64,000 nucleotides of DNA from Perkinsus chesapeaki ATCC PRA-425. Lineage: Eukaryota; Protista; Perkinsozoa. The notes beneath the pieces are model-generated. The model searched no databases and was not told where the DNA came from. It saw only the letters and a list, made by a program, of their open reading frames with translations. The translations under genes were made by a program, and so were the position numbers. Positions 13,580 to 26,220 of this stretch are shown in pieces. The DNA lies in contig JAAPAO010000005.1 of the NCBI GenBank assembly GCA_013115145.1, forward strand, positions 1 to 64,000, given 5' to 3'. The stretch's first letter is position 1, and each line of letters starts with the position of its first letter.

Positions 13580-14225
13580 CTCCATCGCACAACAGATGTG
13601 ACTCATGTTGCTGAACGACCTACACCTGCTTGGGTGGCGAAGACCTGTGACATGTAACAAAGTAAAAGTGTTCAAATGTATCCATTCAGCCTGAAATGAT
13701 TCAGGAAATGGTGGTAGTCTCGGTAAAAATCTGGCGGCATCGGGAGCCGGGAACCAGAGAATAAACCACAGGCTTTGATGGCCCATTTTTTAAATTTTGA
13801 CTGATGTGGATGGACTCGCTAAGGTTGCTTAGTGTAAATACCCGATGTGTTCATTCTGTGGAGTAACTAGGAGTTATGGTCATTCTATAGTCAATCCGGT
13901 GCATCCGAGAACCCTCTAATCGAAGCCCTTTGGAGTATCCCTCCCGCTCCGGCGACCGATACCCTAACCATGCCAACTACACGAGGCTATCAAAACCCTT
14001 GCAGAATGTCTCCATCGCACAAACAGAATAGTCTAGATTGTCAACAGCTGAACGCATTTTGAGAGGGCTTCGCAATCCTATTGTACACTGCTGTTCTACC
14101 TAAATGAAGCTTGTCAAGTACGCGCGCATCGGCTCCTTAGAAGAGTTCGCGATACACTTGTCAAAGTTCTTGCTACACGGAAACCGGGAATCAGAGAATG
14201 CTCCACAGGCCTTGATGGCGCATTA
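13580..14225. repeat. Diverged direct repeat (two ~210-bp copies) upstream of the GH18-like gene
   Basis: GTCTCCATCGCACAA occurs at ~13580 and ~14008. CCGGGAA(C/T)CAGAGAAT..CCACAGGC(T/C)TTGATGGC(C/G)CATT occurs at ~13748 and ~14184, in the same order. Confidence 0.55.
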
Positions 14226-14375
14226 TTGTTATGGACGAGTGTGTTGTGGCTTTCTTCGATTCTAGTTTGAACAACGAAGGTTTCGATCCGAAACTATCAT
14301 CGCTGTTTGGGACTCGAATATACAAACAACCTCATTATTCTCTTGTATGCCACCGGTAAATCCGTAGATTCTGCA

Positions 14376-15547
14376 ATGGGCATGCCTCAATCCCTCTTTC
14401 CCGTAGGGTTTCGAATGTTTCAAATGTGGTTATCTTTGTACGTGCTTAACGCCATTGCTGTAGCCTCGGTCAGTTCTTTGGAGTTCTACAAGGGTGTTAG
14501 ATATCCTTGGGCTACCAAAGAGGTGCCGCAGTGCTCCACTGATGCATGTCCTTCAGAGGCTAACTACACTTGGGACTTCTACTTTGATAAGATACTTGGT
14601 TTGGGTGCCAAAAGCTTCGTATTCGACGGGTATGCATTGAATGGAAGTGAGATCGTGAAGTACCCTCCTTTTTATCCATCGTGGGACGAAAAGACGTTCG
14701 ACAGTTTACATCAGCGCACCAGTGGGAGGAGTGGACATATAATGGTGAGGTTAGCTCGTTTCTACGACACTCACGTGGACGAAGCTGCCCTCACAAGGAA
14801 CACTCGAAGCTTTCTCAAGAAGTATCCTGTTGACGGCTTTGTTATTTCAACGGATGTGGACGATAGCCCCACTGAGTGGCACAGTGCATTCAAGGCCTTA
14901 AAGCGTCTAGGACTTGACGTCGGTTTCGAGTAAGTAGCTCCTTCAATTATCGTTGATTTTTATGCATCCATCCTGAGTGAATGGACCCGCGCTTGTCTTC
15001 GAGTATTTCCGTTCAGGTTAGATAGTACCTCATGGGAGACACTGAGGAAGACCGGAATTCCGCAGAAGGCGGATATCAACTTCGTTGCTCTCTTTCCTGA
15101 TTATCATTATGACATTCGCAGATTCAATACCGATGACTTTGCCAAAGAGGCGATCATGAACGCTACCCGTGCGAGAGCGAAAGCCGAGAGTATCATTTTA
15201 CGAGTGAGAAACGCTGCACTCCCAACCCTCGTTAAATCTTTATCTATTCCCTGGCTCAGGTACCGCTTCTTGCGAGAGCCACGTACGATTCTTCTGACGT
15301 TGGTTACTCTGAAATGATCTACGACCTAAACGCTGATCCAGAGGGCAATGGTTCTGTGATATTCGACCAGACCACAATGGATGGATTCTATTTCTTCTCC
15401 CAAACACGTGCTGTTGATAAAATATCTGTCGCTCGTTTGTACAACCTGCGTGGAATTATCCTTGCGGGCGGTGATGTAATTTCGCAAGGTCTGTACCCTT
15501 GGGATACTTCCTCTCTCTTCTATTCTCTGGCTTCGAACATAAAGTAA
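14376..15547 (+). CDS. Secreted GH18 chitinase-like protein, catalytic motif degenerate
   Basis: Signal-like segment MFQMWLSLYVLNAIAVASVSS; three exons. KKYPVDGFVISTD aligns to the GH18 (F)DGxDxDxE strand; C-terminal ...ARLYNLRGIILAGG...LYPWD resembles the GH18 last strand. Confidence 0.75.
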
Positions 15548-16722
15548 CCCCATGAAGTGCTATAGGCCTATCCGTTGTCTATGCGCCTTTCAGGCTCCTG
15601 TAGACCGCACTAAGCCCCTCTTCAGTGACAATCGGTTCAACCGATTTGGTTCGAGTGCTGTCGGATCGGTTAGGATATCTACCAGCTTAGTTTATAGCTT
15701 GGCTGCTTTTTACTATCTCATATCCTTTTACGAATTGCGTTGTTAAGTCACTTGGCCGGCTGTCGAAAACACTTTGCTGGGCATTCTCGCTTCGAACTGC
15801 ACTGCAGTGACTGCAGCAGAGCCCACTACGGGATAGCCAACTTGAGCGTTATAAGGAAACAAGCCACCTCGTGCGCGTTTGGAACGCGTTTCCAGGAAGG
15901 GGTAGTTCAGTCACCAACTGCGTGTCAAAGTCGTGCGAATCCACTTTTATTGCTGAGTCATGTTGCTCTCCACAATACTGGTGATACCCGGGGTATGATA
16001 TAGATCGAGCCTAGTTGGATCATTACTCAACCCCTACAAGTTGCAGGCTACAACTCTACTCGCAGCTGGGCATAACAGCGCTCATCACCCGACCCTGATG
16101 TCTCATGTAGGCTCCGGGGCCTTGCTCGATCAAATTATGGTACAATGGCCTTATCCAGATGCGGGGTGTATTATGTGCTCACCATTGTACGAGTCCATGA
16201 GTTCATTCAGACTTGTATGACAGGATTGAATCATTGGATTCTGTCATACCCGGCAGACTCAGAGTTGCGCTAGCTCTAAACGCTCTCATGAGAGATCTGT
16301 CTCTGAGAGCTGCTCCCATCCCGTCCGAAATAATTCTGACTTAGACAAATTGATTTAACTGTGCTGCAATGTTGCTGTCTGGCAATGTGCTCCTTGATGA
16401 TACTATCATCGAAGCCGCCACTGTGTTGTGAAATGAGGCCTTGTCTCAGACCCCCTTCCAATTAGTTATCGCATATACTGTGGAGCCTAATTCCGCGAGG
16501 GAAGGCTAGTTGAGCTTCAGTACCTCCCCGACTGAACGCGGCACGAACAACATATAGTTTTAATGTAGGAGAATATACGATAGTTAGTCGGCGCGGCAGA
16601 AACTTCTAGGATAAAATGATACGTTTTCTTCGCATCCATCTGGTTCGCATCCATGGCACCGCTGATTCAGCGGCGCTGAATATGTCTCATTTAGTACAAC
16701 AGTTCGGATGTAGGAGAACTAC

Positions 16723-19700
16723 TTAATTACTGCTGAAACTTAACGCACTCAACGGTGCGTTCAAGTCCGTTATCCAAATTGCCAAATCTAAGATATCTCT
16801 CGTCAAGAGGTTATCAGATTCTAAAAATAGGAAAACTTCGTTCTTGGTGGCTTTCTCAGGTGATTCAGGAAGTTCTTGTGTCTGTGCATTTCCGATATGA
16901 TTCCTGACCCCCTCGCTGGGCCCATGTCTAAGGTCCGAGACCTTTAGCCCTGGAGGCTGAGGTATTGGTATTTAATTGATCAACTCATAACACCCTTCAG
17001 ACTTCACAGCTTCACCATCAGATACGTTTTCGCATTATGAGATATGCAGTGGCAATGAGGAGACAGAAGAGAGTGCCAGAAAGTATCATGAACACTCGTC
17101 GGTATTGCGGGCGTCTCTCTGGAGCGTTGAAGAACACATCCACGTAGTTCTCCAGCATGATGAGGCGATCTTCGAGAGTTAGAGTGACATTGTCCAGAGT
17201 CTGAAAACAAACGATAACAAGGGTATTAAAAACGGAAGACATTCGGCGAGGAAAACGACCGTATTTCATTTTCTCAGTGGACAATTACTGGAAGCCTGAA
17301 ACTCCCGCTTTTGCTATTCGTGATTATTGATAGACAAATGGAGAATAGAGCAAGAATACTAACGCCTGGCTCATACTAATAATGGATTATCTCATTGATG
17401 CCCAATCGTGCAACCTCAACTGCTCAAGCGACTTTCGGGAAAACCATATCATTGTATCAGAAACCTCACGCGAAAGGATCTATCAGAGACTGTCCAAGGC
17501 GTAGACTCTGCCTAGACGATCCTTACCACGTCTTCGTTTTGCAATGCACAAAGGGAACGGTTCCGATTCATAGCATCGACGCCACCGAATACTGTTGTGC
17601 CGTCAGCAAGTCTCCGTGGCATTCGAAGCGGCACATAACAGTAATTAACAAGCGGTGGAACCACTTCAGCTTCATAATACTGGCCCATGAAGTATCCTAT
17701 GGGAATCAAGTCCATGGCAAGGACCTGTTCACCGGTGTGTGGCAGGAAAAGGGAATTATGCTCACTTTTCTGAGGAGGTCTCGGGCGTGGATGAACTGCT
17801 CCCGAAGTTGTGGGATGAAATTGAGATAAACTCGCATGAATCGAGCAACCGCTCTTCGGTTGAAGGCGTTCTCGCGGACGTCTATGAGCTTCAACGAGCC
17901 TGGTTTAACGTACACTGTAATGTGATCTCTCAGCAGAGGTCTCTCGGGACGCAGATGAACCTGAGTTCAGTGGAGGTAATGACGTACATACCATAAAGCC
18001 AACTTTTCAAGAAAGTTTCATCATTAGTGACTTGACCAAGTGTGTTGGAGAGTAAGGCTGAGGATAGTCGATTGAAAAAGAAATTATAGTGTCACGGTCT
18101 GAAATTGTATCATCTGAATCGGCTATACGAGAAAGAGCTCATGCACGAAAGATGGTTGACTTGGCATTTCGCGAAGACAGTTCGACCAAATCCATCATCC
18201 AGGAAAGTGTTCATTGACTTGAATGACTAAGATGTGTGGAGTTGTCGACTGACCAAGTGAGAACATAGGTGGTGAAAGTCTTACCCCCATTTCGGATATC
18301 TTCTTTAGGCCGTATTCGACTAAGTCATGGCACATTCTGCTCATCCATACGCGTTGTCCAAGCTGTACGTCAATAATTGTTAGGGGATCAAAGGTATCTT
18401 TTGGGCGAGCCCAGTCCTCAATGAACCATCGCTTCAATTCGTCGAATTGTCGTCCGGTCATGACGCCAACCTGCACGGCGACTCGGACCCGCAGTTCGGG
18501 AACCCCCGCTTCACCTTCGTCCTGTTGGTATACTCATCTGGCCAGAAATCACGGAACCGCAGGATACCGAAATTGCGCCATTCCAGACCGGGAATCATGT
18601 CACCTGAATGAGAAACCGTACTGCCCTTTTTGAGTTGTGCGTTATGCAGCCAAGAAGACACGATATTAGACTGATACCAGAGTAGTCTCCGCCGGAATGA
18701 AACCCTCTGGAGTGTGGGATGCGAGTCTCCAATCCTGCTAATATACTCAAGGTTATGCTGGCAGAGTCGATTGAAAACTTGAAGGATTGCTGTACGACGA
18801 GATGAGGTGCCCAAGATAAACCTTCATCGTGAGTGCTACAGCTGCTAGCAGCAACTTGCTACCACACAACCGTAGCAAACGATGGCAACCCGTGAAAAAG
18901 ATCTGGCCTCATTGACTGTGAACAATGAGGGCATCCACATCGCAGTATACGGTAACAAGTGACTGTCATATATGAAAGCGCTACCACCCATGGAGGTCTT
19001 ATGATGCGCCCCTTGTCTTGGTCGAAGGGTTACCGGATAGAGCCATGCGTAAGGCTCTAACAAGGCTCCAACCATACTCGAACTTTGTCATGTTCTGCAT
19101 TTCACTGTCTAACTCAGAGCTCGCCTCGGTCAAGCTTGCTAGGGTGCGTATGGCACGTAGAACCTCGGGGCCTGTAGATGGCCGAATCGATCGACTTCGG
19201 AGATTCACACGACTTTGCTACTGACCTGTTGGGAATCCGTCCTCGTCGATTTCGCCTTGGTACTGTTCTGTCGGCACCAGAAAGTGTGTTATGTTGAAGT
19301 CGAACTTTGCATTATAATCGATTGTATATCTGCACCCGACTAGTAGCCCTCAGTTTTGAGCATCTATTGCCGAGCCACACTTTAATACTGGGAGATGCTG
19401 AAATTTAGTGAGATTTCCACAAGCTTATCTTGACCGCCAACAAGCGGCGAGATGCAGTGAGTCTCCCTGTAAGCCATACACCGAGCACGCCAGAGGGAGT
19501 CTAAACTCCCTCTCGCAAGCTCATCTTTAAGGAGAGTGCACGAACCGTGTTGTAGGGTGCCTCGAACACCGTGTTTGAATTCTCACGTGTAATTAGTTCT
19601 TTCGCATCTGAACTGTAGACCACCATGATAGATGTTCCAGGGTGCCATGGATACGAACCATGCTGAGGTATACTAGCTTATGCCGATGCATGAACCTCTG

Positions 19701-19975
19701 ACTCACATGCGATCCGGTATTCGCCGAAGAATATCTCGAATTCGTCGTTAGCCGAATAGGTTGGTTTCGTCTTGTACTCGAGTATCTGAGCCGATCGCTT
19801 TTCTGAGCGTATCTTTTATGTGACCGACCTCGACCGTGCCATTCTTGAGGAACTCATGACGTGCGGCGGAGGAGTCTGTTACGGCTGCTAATGCAGTAGA
19901 GATGGTGAGCAAGATGGTGGAGAAAGATAGAAGTGCCATTGCTATAGGCAAATGCGAACTTTTCACTGCGCTCAT
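16723..19975 (-). CDS. Large multi-exon hypothetical protein with signal peptide/N-terminal TM
   Basis: MSAVKSSHLPIAMALLSFSTILLTISTALAA... followed by many exon-like open segments with GT/AG ends (ILEYKTKPTYSANDEFEIFFGEYRIA; LEWRNFGILRFRDFWPDEY; FDELKRWFIEDWARPKD; LEDRLIMLENYVDVFFNAPE). Could be more than one gene; 3' end approximate. Confidence 0.5.
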
Positions 19976-20786
19976 GTTTTTGTGTCTACTGTTAAATGAT
20001 ACTGTAATGATTACATTATTCAGTACTATAATGAAGTGGTGAGTATACTACTACTCTATATTCTAACATGCTCGCCGAGTAGTATAATATCGTTACCATG
20101 CAATTGTATGGCGATAAGACATTCATACCCTTATACGATTATCCCGGCCGGAAAGGATAACAAATGATTCGGTACACCAATGGCCACATCTCAACCTACG
20201 ATACGAGACGGTCTTTCATAAGGAACCCTACGAAGAGAACGTCAGGAATCATGAAGAGGCCCCATAGTGGCCCCACGTCAGAATGTTCGCCGGTAGTATT
20301 GAAGTACTCTCAAACACGATGCTATTGTATGTATGTAGCCGAGGTGTAACACTGGACCGCGTACTGTGAGACCAAAGCCTTCAACGCTGATTCAGCTAAC
20401 TCTCTCGACAAAGCAGTTTAGCACTGGGAAATGAGTCAAGAGCATGCATTAGCCTTCAGGACCCAAACAAGCAATCAGTGCGATACTACTGAAGTGTCAC
20501 GATGGTAACCGGATGCCCTAAGCACATACTGCTGAGGCCATTGTAATTCCAACGAGATCTATATAGCGTCACTGTTTAAGAGCCACTTCCACAACAGACA
20601 GGACTCAAGGTGATTGACGCGCTATTACAATCAACTTAATCAAGCAATTAAGCCCCAATTACAACTTCATCTAAGCGAGTTCGCTATGGATTTTCTGGGC
20701 GCACGCGATCACTACTAAGTTAGCGCGCGCCCAAACGCGTTGATGCGTGAAGAGCATTATCAGTTTAGATCATTATTACCATCAGC

Positions 20787-23217
20787 ATGGAAGACGTTAA
20801 CCGAGCCTTAGTGGCGCTACGGGCAGCTGTAGCATCTCAATGGGAAGGGGAAGCTAAGAAACCATTCAATGAAACTTATGTTTTGGTAAGCTATTGACGA
20901 TATGCCGTGTCCTCGATTCGAACCTGCGAGGGTATTATTCATTGTTCAGGTAGAGGAGATCAATTTTCCGTCGATAGACTCCAATGAGGTTTTGTCCAGT
21001 CGTCTTCAGTACAATGCTGGTTCGTATATATGTAAGCTTCTGGGCTGCACCCAAGTTATGCTAGTCTGCCGCACTTAGAGATATTATATGTCATTCTTAA
21101 ATCGTTGGATTCCCCCACAGGAGTGTCGCTGCCGGGCTTATTAAATCACTTAATAATCTGTATTAATATATCTATATTCAATTCAAATGGTTGTTAACGT
21201 AGAAAAGATTTCTCAGATTTTAATTGCATTATATGTACGCCAACAGACCTATTGCTTGCCGTATTAACGTATACTGCTGGTGGTTCCCCAGAGGTTATAT
21301 AACAGAGTATTATCCTAATACAAATGAAGGGAGGTCCAGATTATTATTAGTAATAGTAGATGTTCTAGTGGACCATCAATTTTACAAATGGAGAAGCTTC
21401 TTGGGTCAAGCGTGCATTTTACCGTTCAATGAGCTATCGACTCTGAGGATGATGTATCGACTGGCTAGCCGTTAAGAAAAGCTCGATTACTTGTCTTTCA
21501 GCTAATCATAGCACATCACCCTTCGCTGGGTTGGCGCTATTTCAAGTTACCGTCAGACTCCCGAAGACCATCGAGCCGGTATCTTTCTACATGTCGGTTG
21601 AGACTCGTGCTTTGGATACCAGCCGCACTAGACAGATTAACCTGTAATAGGCCAGCGCTGGGTGGTCAGCTGCTTTGATGGGGAGAGATAAACTCTGGAA
21701 ATTCCGATGGATTTTTGTGGAGGGTAGTCGTCGTGGCAATTCGGATAGGGAATATCAAAGGTCGACGGCGGGAGGAACTACCGAAATAGCTCAGAGTTGC
21801 TCATAAGAGAAATGTGTTAGCTGGTGTTTTCTGGCCTTCGTCGGGGATGGAGGAGCGTGATTTTCCCGGATTACAGTGGGATAGAAAATGGTGACCATTT
21901 TCTACTGTAGTCCGCTAAGATGACGAATACCATTTAATGGTATAGATCGATATCGATGAACACACTTATGTCCTATCGAACGCGTTGATTGGTAGTGAAC
22001 TTATTAATGTTTGCACTTCCGCATTCATTCGTTTTTGTATTGTATCTCTCCCCTGAGAGCCCTGTGGACTGTCGAATTTCCTTTCCATCTCGAGGAACTC
22101 ACTAATTCTCGTTCTATCAGGTGTCAACTTCTCAATCGTGCCAATGAGCAAAAGACACCATTCGTTAATGTGGTTCTGGGATCGAGCCTCAGCGCACCCC
22201 AACGCAATCGCAGGAACAGCGGTATTACTGGTAAGTCGCAGACGTATATAGACAGAAGGTGCTAACTAAATGAATCTTCAAGCAAAATCTCACTTTATCT
22301 TTAACCGTGAAAGTTTCACGTGTGAGAGTCTGGAGCAAGTTGGCACTGTGGGAACTGCTCATATGTGCTCGAATAGACGTCAAAGGGTTCATGCGGATGA
22401 TGTTGCAGTAGCGATGTGGTAGATTGAAGCATACTGTTAATCTGTGTATATCGATCTCAGTACGGGTCAGCAGCTTTGAAAGGCTGTATGGAGAAGAATC
22501 TAGTAGCTTAATAAGTATGCTCTATGTGAAGTACTGGCTGCTTATAAGAAAATGCACGTACCTGAAAAACCTGTAGTGGTGGTCGCAATACTGGATAATC
22601 GGATTTTTGCGCCCCTGTCTCTGGAGTAGTAGTGTGCGTTTGGATTCAAGACCGCCTCAATAGGAGGGACGGTCTCACTAGGTCAACAACCTATATTCCC
22701 TATTTCTCACCAGCTTTCTTCAATCTCTCTCTTCTCTCAGCACCATTTTTATCTGCCGCTACTGATGCTGCGAAGTGCGTTCCCACTGTATCCCTGATTG
22801 CTGGTACGGGCGCCAGAGGCTCTAACTCATTGTTATGTGGAGCACTCCGAAGGGTGAGTATCTTGTTGCTTGTTGGTCTGGATGGCCCTCTTTAATGTGG
22901 TTGGTTAGGTTGTATTATTGGATGCTCCTGGATGCGCTTACACTTTAGAGACCAACGCTAGGCTGGCAGAGGAAGGTGAGTGTGTTTGATAGGGCGTTAC
23001 TGTATCTGTTTTTGCAAGCCTTCAAGTTAGTGGCTTGAACTCATAATAGTTCACAGTATAAATGATCCTCTTAGCCAGCTTTAAACAGTTTTGAACAGTG
23101 TCTCTAGAGTCATACGAGACGTAAATTGTCCTGCTACATCGCCATAGATCACCTTGAATGGTTCCATTTTCGGTTAGAGTGGGTTGTTCTGGTGGATGAG
23201 CATGTTCCGACTTTCAG
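20787..23217 (+). CDS. Degenerate N-subdomain exons of an ACC-type carboxyltransferase (5' part of the 23218-26220 gene)
   Basis: Collinear by-eye matches to the ACC CT N-subdomain: LRAAVASQW (cf. FRQA...SQW), IACRINVYCWWFPRG (cf. VAFKITVKTPEYPRG), NEQKTPFVNVVLGS...RNSGIT (cf. GEERFVIKTIIGS...RGSGLI), RESFTC...TVGTAHM...RQRV (cf. DIFTIT...SVGIGAYL..GQRA). Not all junctions could be closed. Confidence 0.45.
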
Positions 23218-26200
23218 GCCCCACTAAGACTCTAGATGCCGCTCATCTCTCCGGTGCTGGAGATGTCTACTGGAAGGTCCATGCCGAACAGGAGGGATTC
23301 AATAAAATATTGGACTACCTAGAGTTGGTCACTTCAGCCGCTCAAGGCCTAACCATGGACAATCTGGAGTCGCTTCCAGTGGATCCGATAGAGCGTGAAG
23401 TGAAATATACTGTAAGGCCTGGAAGCCGAGTGAGAGTGGGATTATTGAGGTTCATTCAGCCTGGGATAAATCATGATCCGAGATGGCTTTGCGCCGGGCG
23501 GCCTACTGCTCACGGTCTGGAGCCGGGTATCCTGGATATAGGCACGTTTAATGAGTTCAGGGAAGGTTTTGCTAAGGCTGCTGTGGTGGGACGTGGACGA
23601 TTGGGAGGTAAGTTATAATGATTATCTATTATCTATATATGAGTATATATATCAATGTACAGTATTGCACTAGGGTCTATACTGGCGAGTCAGCTCACCA
23701 GACTGCTCGGCTCCCAACTATTTTCCGATCGTGTAATCTCACGTAAATTAGCAAGCTCGTTGATGTGAGTGGATTACTACAGACGTGATTCGATATCTTC
23801 TAGTATAATGATAGTGGGGGAAGTGTAAATGGGGCCTGGTTATATCTTAGAGCCTAGCGGGCCAAAAGATATTATTTGGCCCAAAGAAGGATTATTCAGC
23901 ATTGAGAACGAAGGTCCGACGTGGATAGGTTTTTACGTTCCTACTTCCCATGAGTTTTGGTTCATGGTTCTGCTATGCTTGAAGTCCAGAGATCTGCGGG
24001 CTCGCACGGACTATTCCCCTGCGGGTTGTGATCTGTTACGTTCTGCCAGGTATCCCCGTCGGCGTTGTCCTGTCTGAGAACAGGACCACTACCAAGCCTG
24101 TCGATGAAGAGGGCATCCCGATTGATGTAAGCCACTTGAGGGGGTTACTCACTGTATGGTAATGTTGTATTTAGTCGGATACCCCAGCTAGCTCTGTATC
24201 AGAAGCTGGACAGGTATGGTTCCCGGACTCGGCAAGGAAGACTTACGAGGCTATCAGGTAAGGGATATAGGGGATGCTTGAGGGGAGGAAATAGAGCTAT
24301 GTGGGCATGTTAAAAATGGGCGTATCTAAGAGAGAGTCGGTATCTGTTCGATAAGCCTTTTGTTGTGTATCTAATTTGAAGGTTTTCGTGGCGCGTGACG
24401 GATAGCACCTATCGTTTATCTTTCAGAGACTTCGCCCAGGAGGGTCTGAAGGCCATTTTGATCGTAGCCAACTGGAGAGGGTTTTCCGGTGGAATGCGGG
24501 ATATGTAATATTTTATCAATAACCATATCGACGAGGCAATTGATAGGTATAAGGAGATTCTCAAGGAGGGGTCTCGTATTGTTGATGCATTGGTGGCCTG
24601 TGAGGCCTATGACGTGAGCGTGCTCACCTATCTGCCTCCATTCGGTGAATTGAGAGGAGGTTCATGGGTTGTTATCGATAGACAGATAGCACCCAATAAC
24701 ATTGTGGTAGTAACTGGACAGGGGTTCACTGGAAAGTTGGTGTTCAAGTTATTGCTGGAAATGTGTATATTGATTTTAAAGATAAATAATAGGGTAGTTA
24801 TTAAATGTAATGATAATATTTAATATCATCATGCATTACAAGTATAATATTGTACGCCGTTTTTTCGCCTACGGCAGCTCATAGTCACTCGCGTGATTAG
24901 TTGATTGTCTTGTCGACTCGCGGAACGTCGGATTGGGGGGTCATTGCGAAGATCGGAGCTGATGCTGCTCCCGGGATGAGCATTCTTAAAGACAGCCGCC
25001 GGCGTTGTTCAGGTTTTTGCCGATCCTACTTCTAGGATGAATATTATTGAACCTGCCGGATTCTGTAAAGTCAAATTTCGCGATAATCGCGAAGTGACTC
25101 AAACCATAAAACGTTTGGATGCCCAGATCATCGAGTGGCAGAAGCAGGTAGCTGAATAGGGGTGGAGGTGAAGTGTGTGAGGGATTGACTTCAGATGGAC
25201 AAGACTGAATCAGCTGATGAGAAGCTTTCAATACAGTCCATGATCGCTAAACGTGTGGATGAGCTGATGCCCGACTATAAGAGGGTAAGCCAATGGAAGA
25301 CTGCATATGGTGGGGAAATTTCCGGAAATTTTTGGGAAAAATTGGTGGGATTTTTCCTCCAAGTGAGGATCAATTGGGGACGGGGAAAATGCGTGGAAAC
25401 ATTTTTGGGGTCAGGTTGCATTGAAGTTTGCGGAGCTTCAAGATTCACCTTATCGTGCCGTAGAGAAGGGTGTCGTCGAATCAGTGCTGCCATTTACCGA
25501 TACGAGAATGAGAATATATTGGTCATTCAGGAGACGCATTGCTGTTTATGCGTTGAGGAGAAGGTAAATAGTTTGGTTTGCATTTTATATAGTGTTAGTG
25601 CTGTTGGTGGACAACCGAAACTGGTCTTGGAAATATTATTAATAGGAGCGGTGTGTCTAGTTTTAGTAGAGTTGTCTTGTTGTAGACGGAGGGCGAATTA
25701 AAGCTTGAAGGAAGTGAAGGCTTTATTGGAGGTTATACTTATGTATCATCACCGATCGGTTTATGAGACAGCGTGTTCAGAAAGTGAACACTGCTGAGTG
25801 AATAACGAATTTCACAAGCCTTCGTTGGCTCAGCCGTTGGTTGGGAGAGCATATTGATGAATCTTTTCTGTAGAATTCATGTACTTGTATGGCAACTAAG
25901 AAAATATGATACTGAAATCTCATGATTAGTGTGCTCATCGTGACTCGTTGGTGAAACGTTGTGATTGGTGGATTAGGCATCTAATGACGGTCTCAGTTCA
26001 ATAGTGTAACCTATCAGATACGTCACTCTATCGCCCTCCACGACCCTGTCTGAAGCTGAGGAGTGTATTATGGCCTGGGCTAAGGCAGACGGCATAGATA
26101 CGACTGATGATAGAAGAGTGGCAGATTGGGCACAGCAAGGCCAGGAATCGCACCAGGTGCAAATGGGTACTCGAAAACTGCCAGTGTTATCTTGCTCGAA

Positions 26201-26220
26201 AGCTCAACAATTGAGTGGCT
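23218..26220 (+). CDS. Acetyl-CoA carboxylase-type carboxyltransferase C-subdomain and C-terminal tail
   Basis: Spliced exons: AKAAVVGRGRLGG|IPVGVVLSENR...|EAGQVWFPDSARKTYEAI|RDFAQEGL...ANWRGFSGGMRDM|YKEILKEGSRIVDAL...YLPPFGELRGGSWVVID|VFADPTSRMNIIEPAG...KFR|...VALKFAELQD...IYWSFRRR|...DDRRVADW. These are diagnostic eukaryotic ACC CT motifs. Stop approximate. Confidence 0.88.

Noticed and set aside
20900-20935. TTCGAACC B-box/tRNA-like motif (similar hits near 45485 and 47690)
   Set aside because: No cloverleaf or A-box; two of the hits lie within introns.
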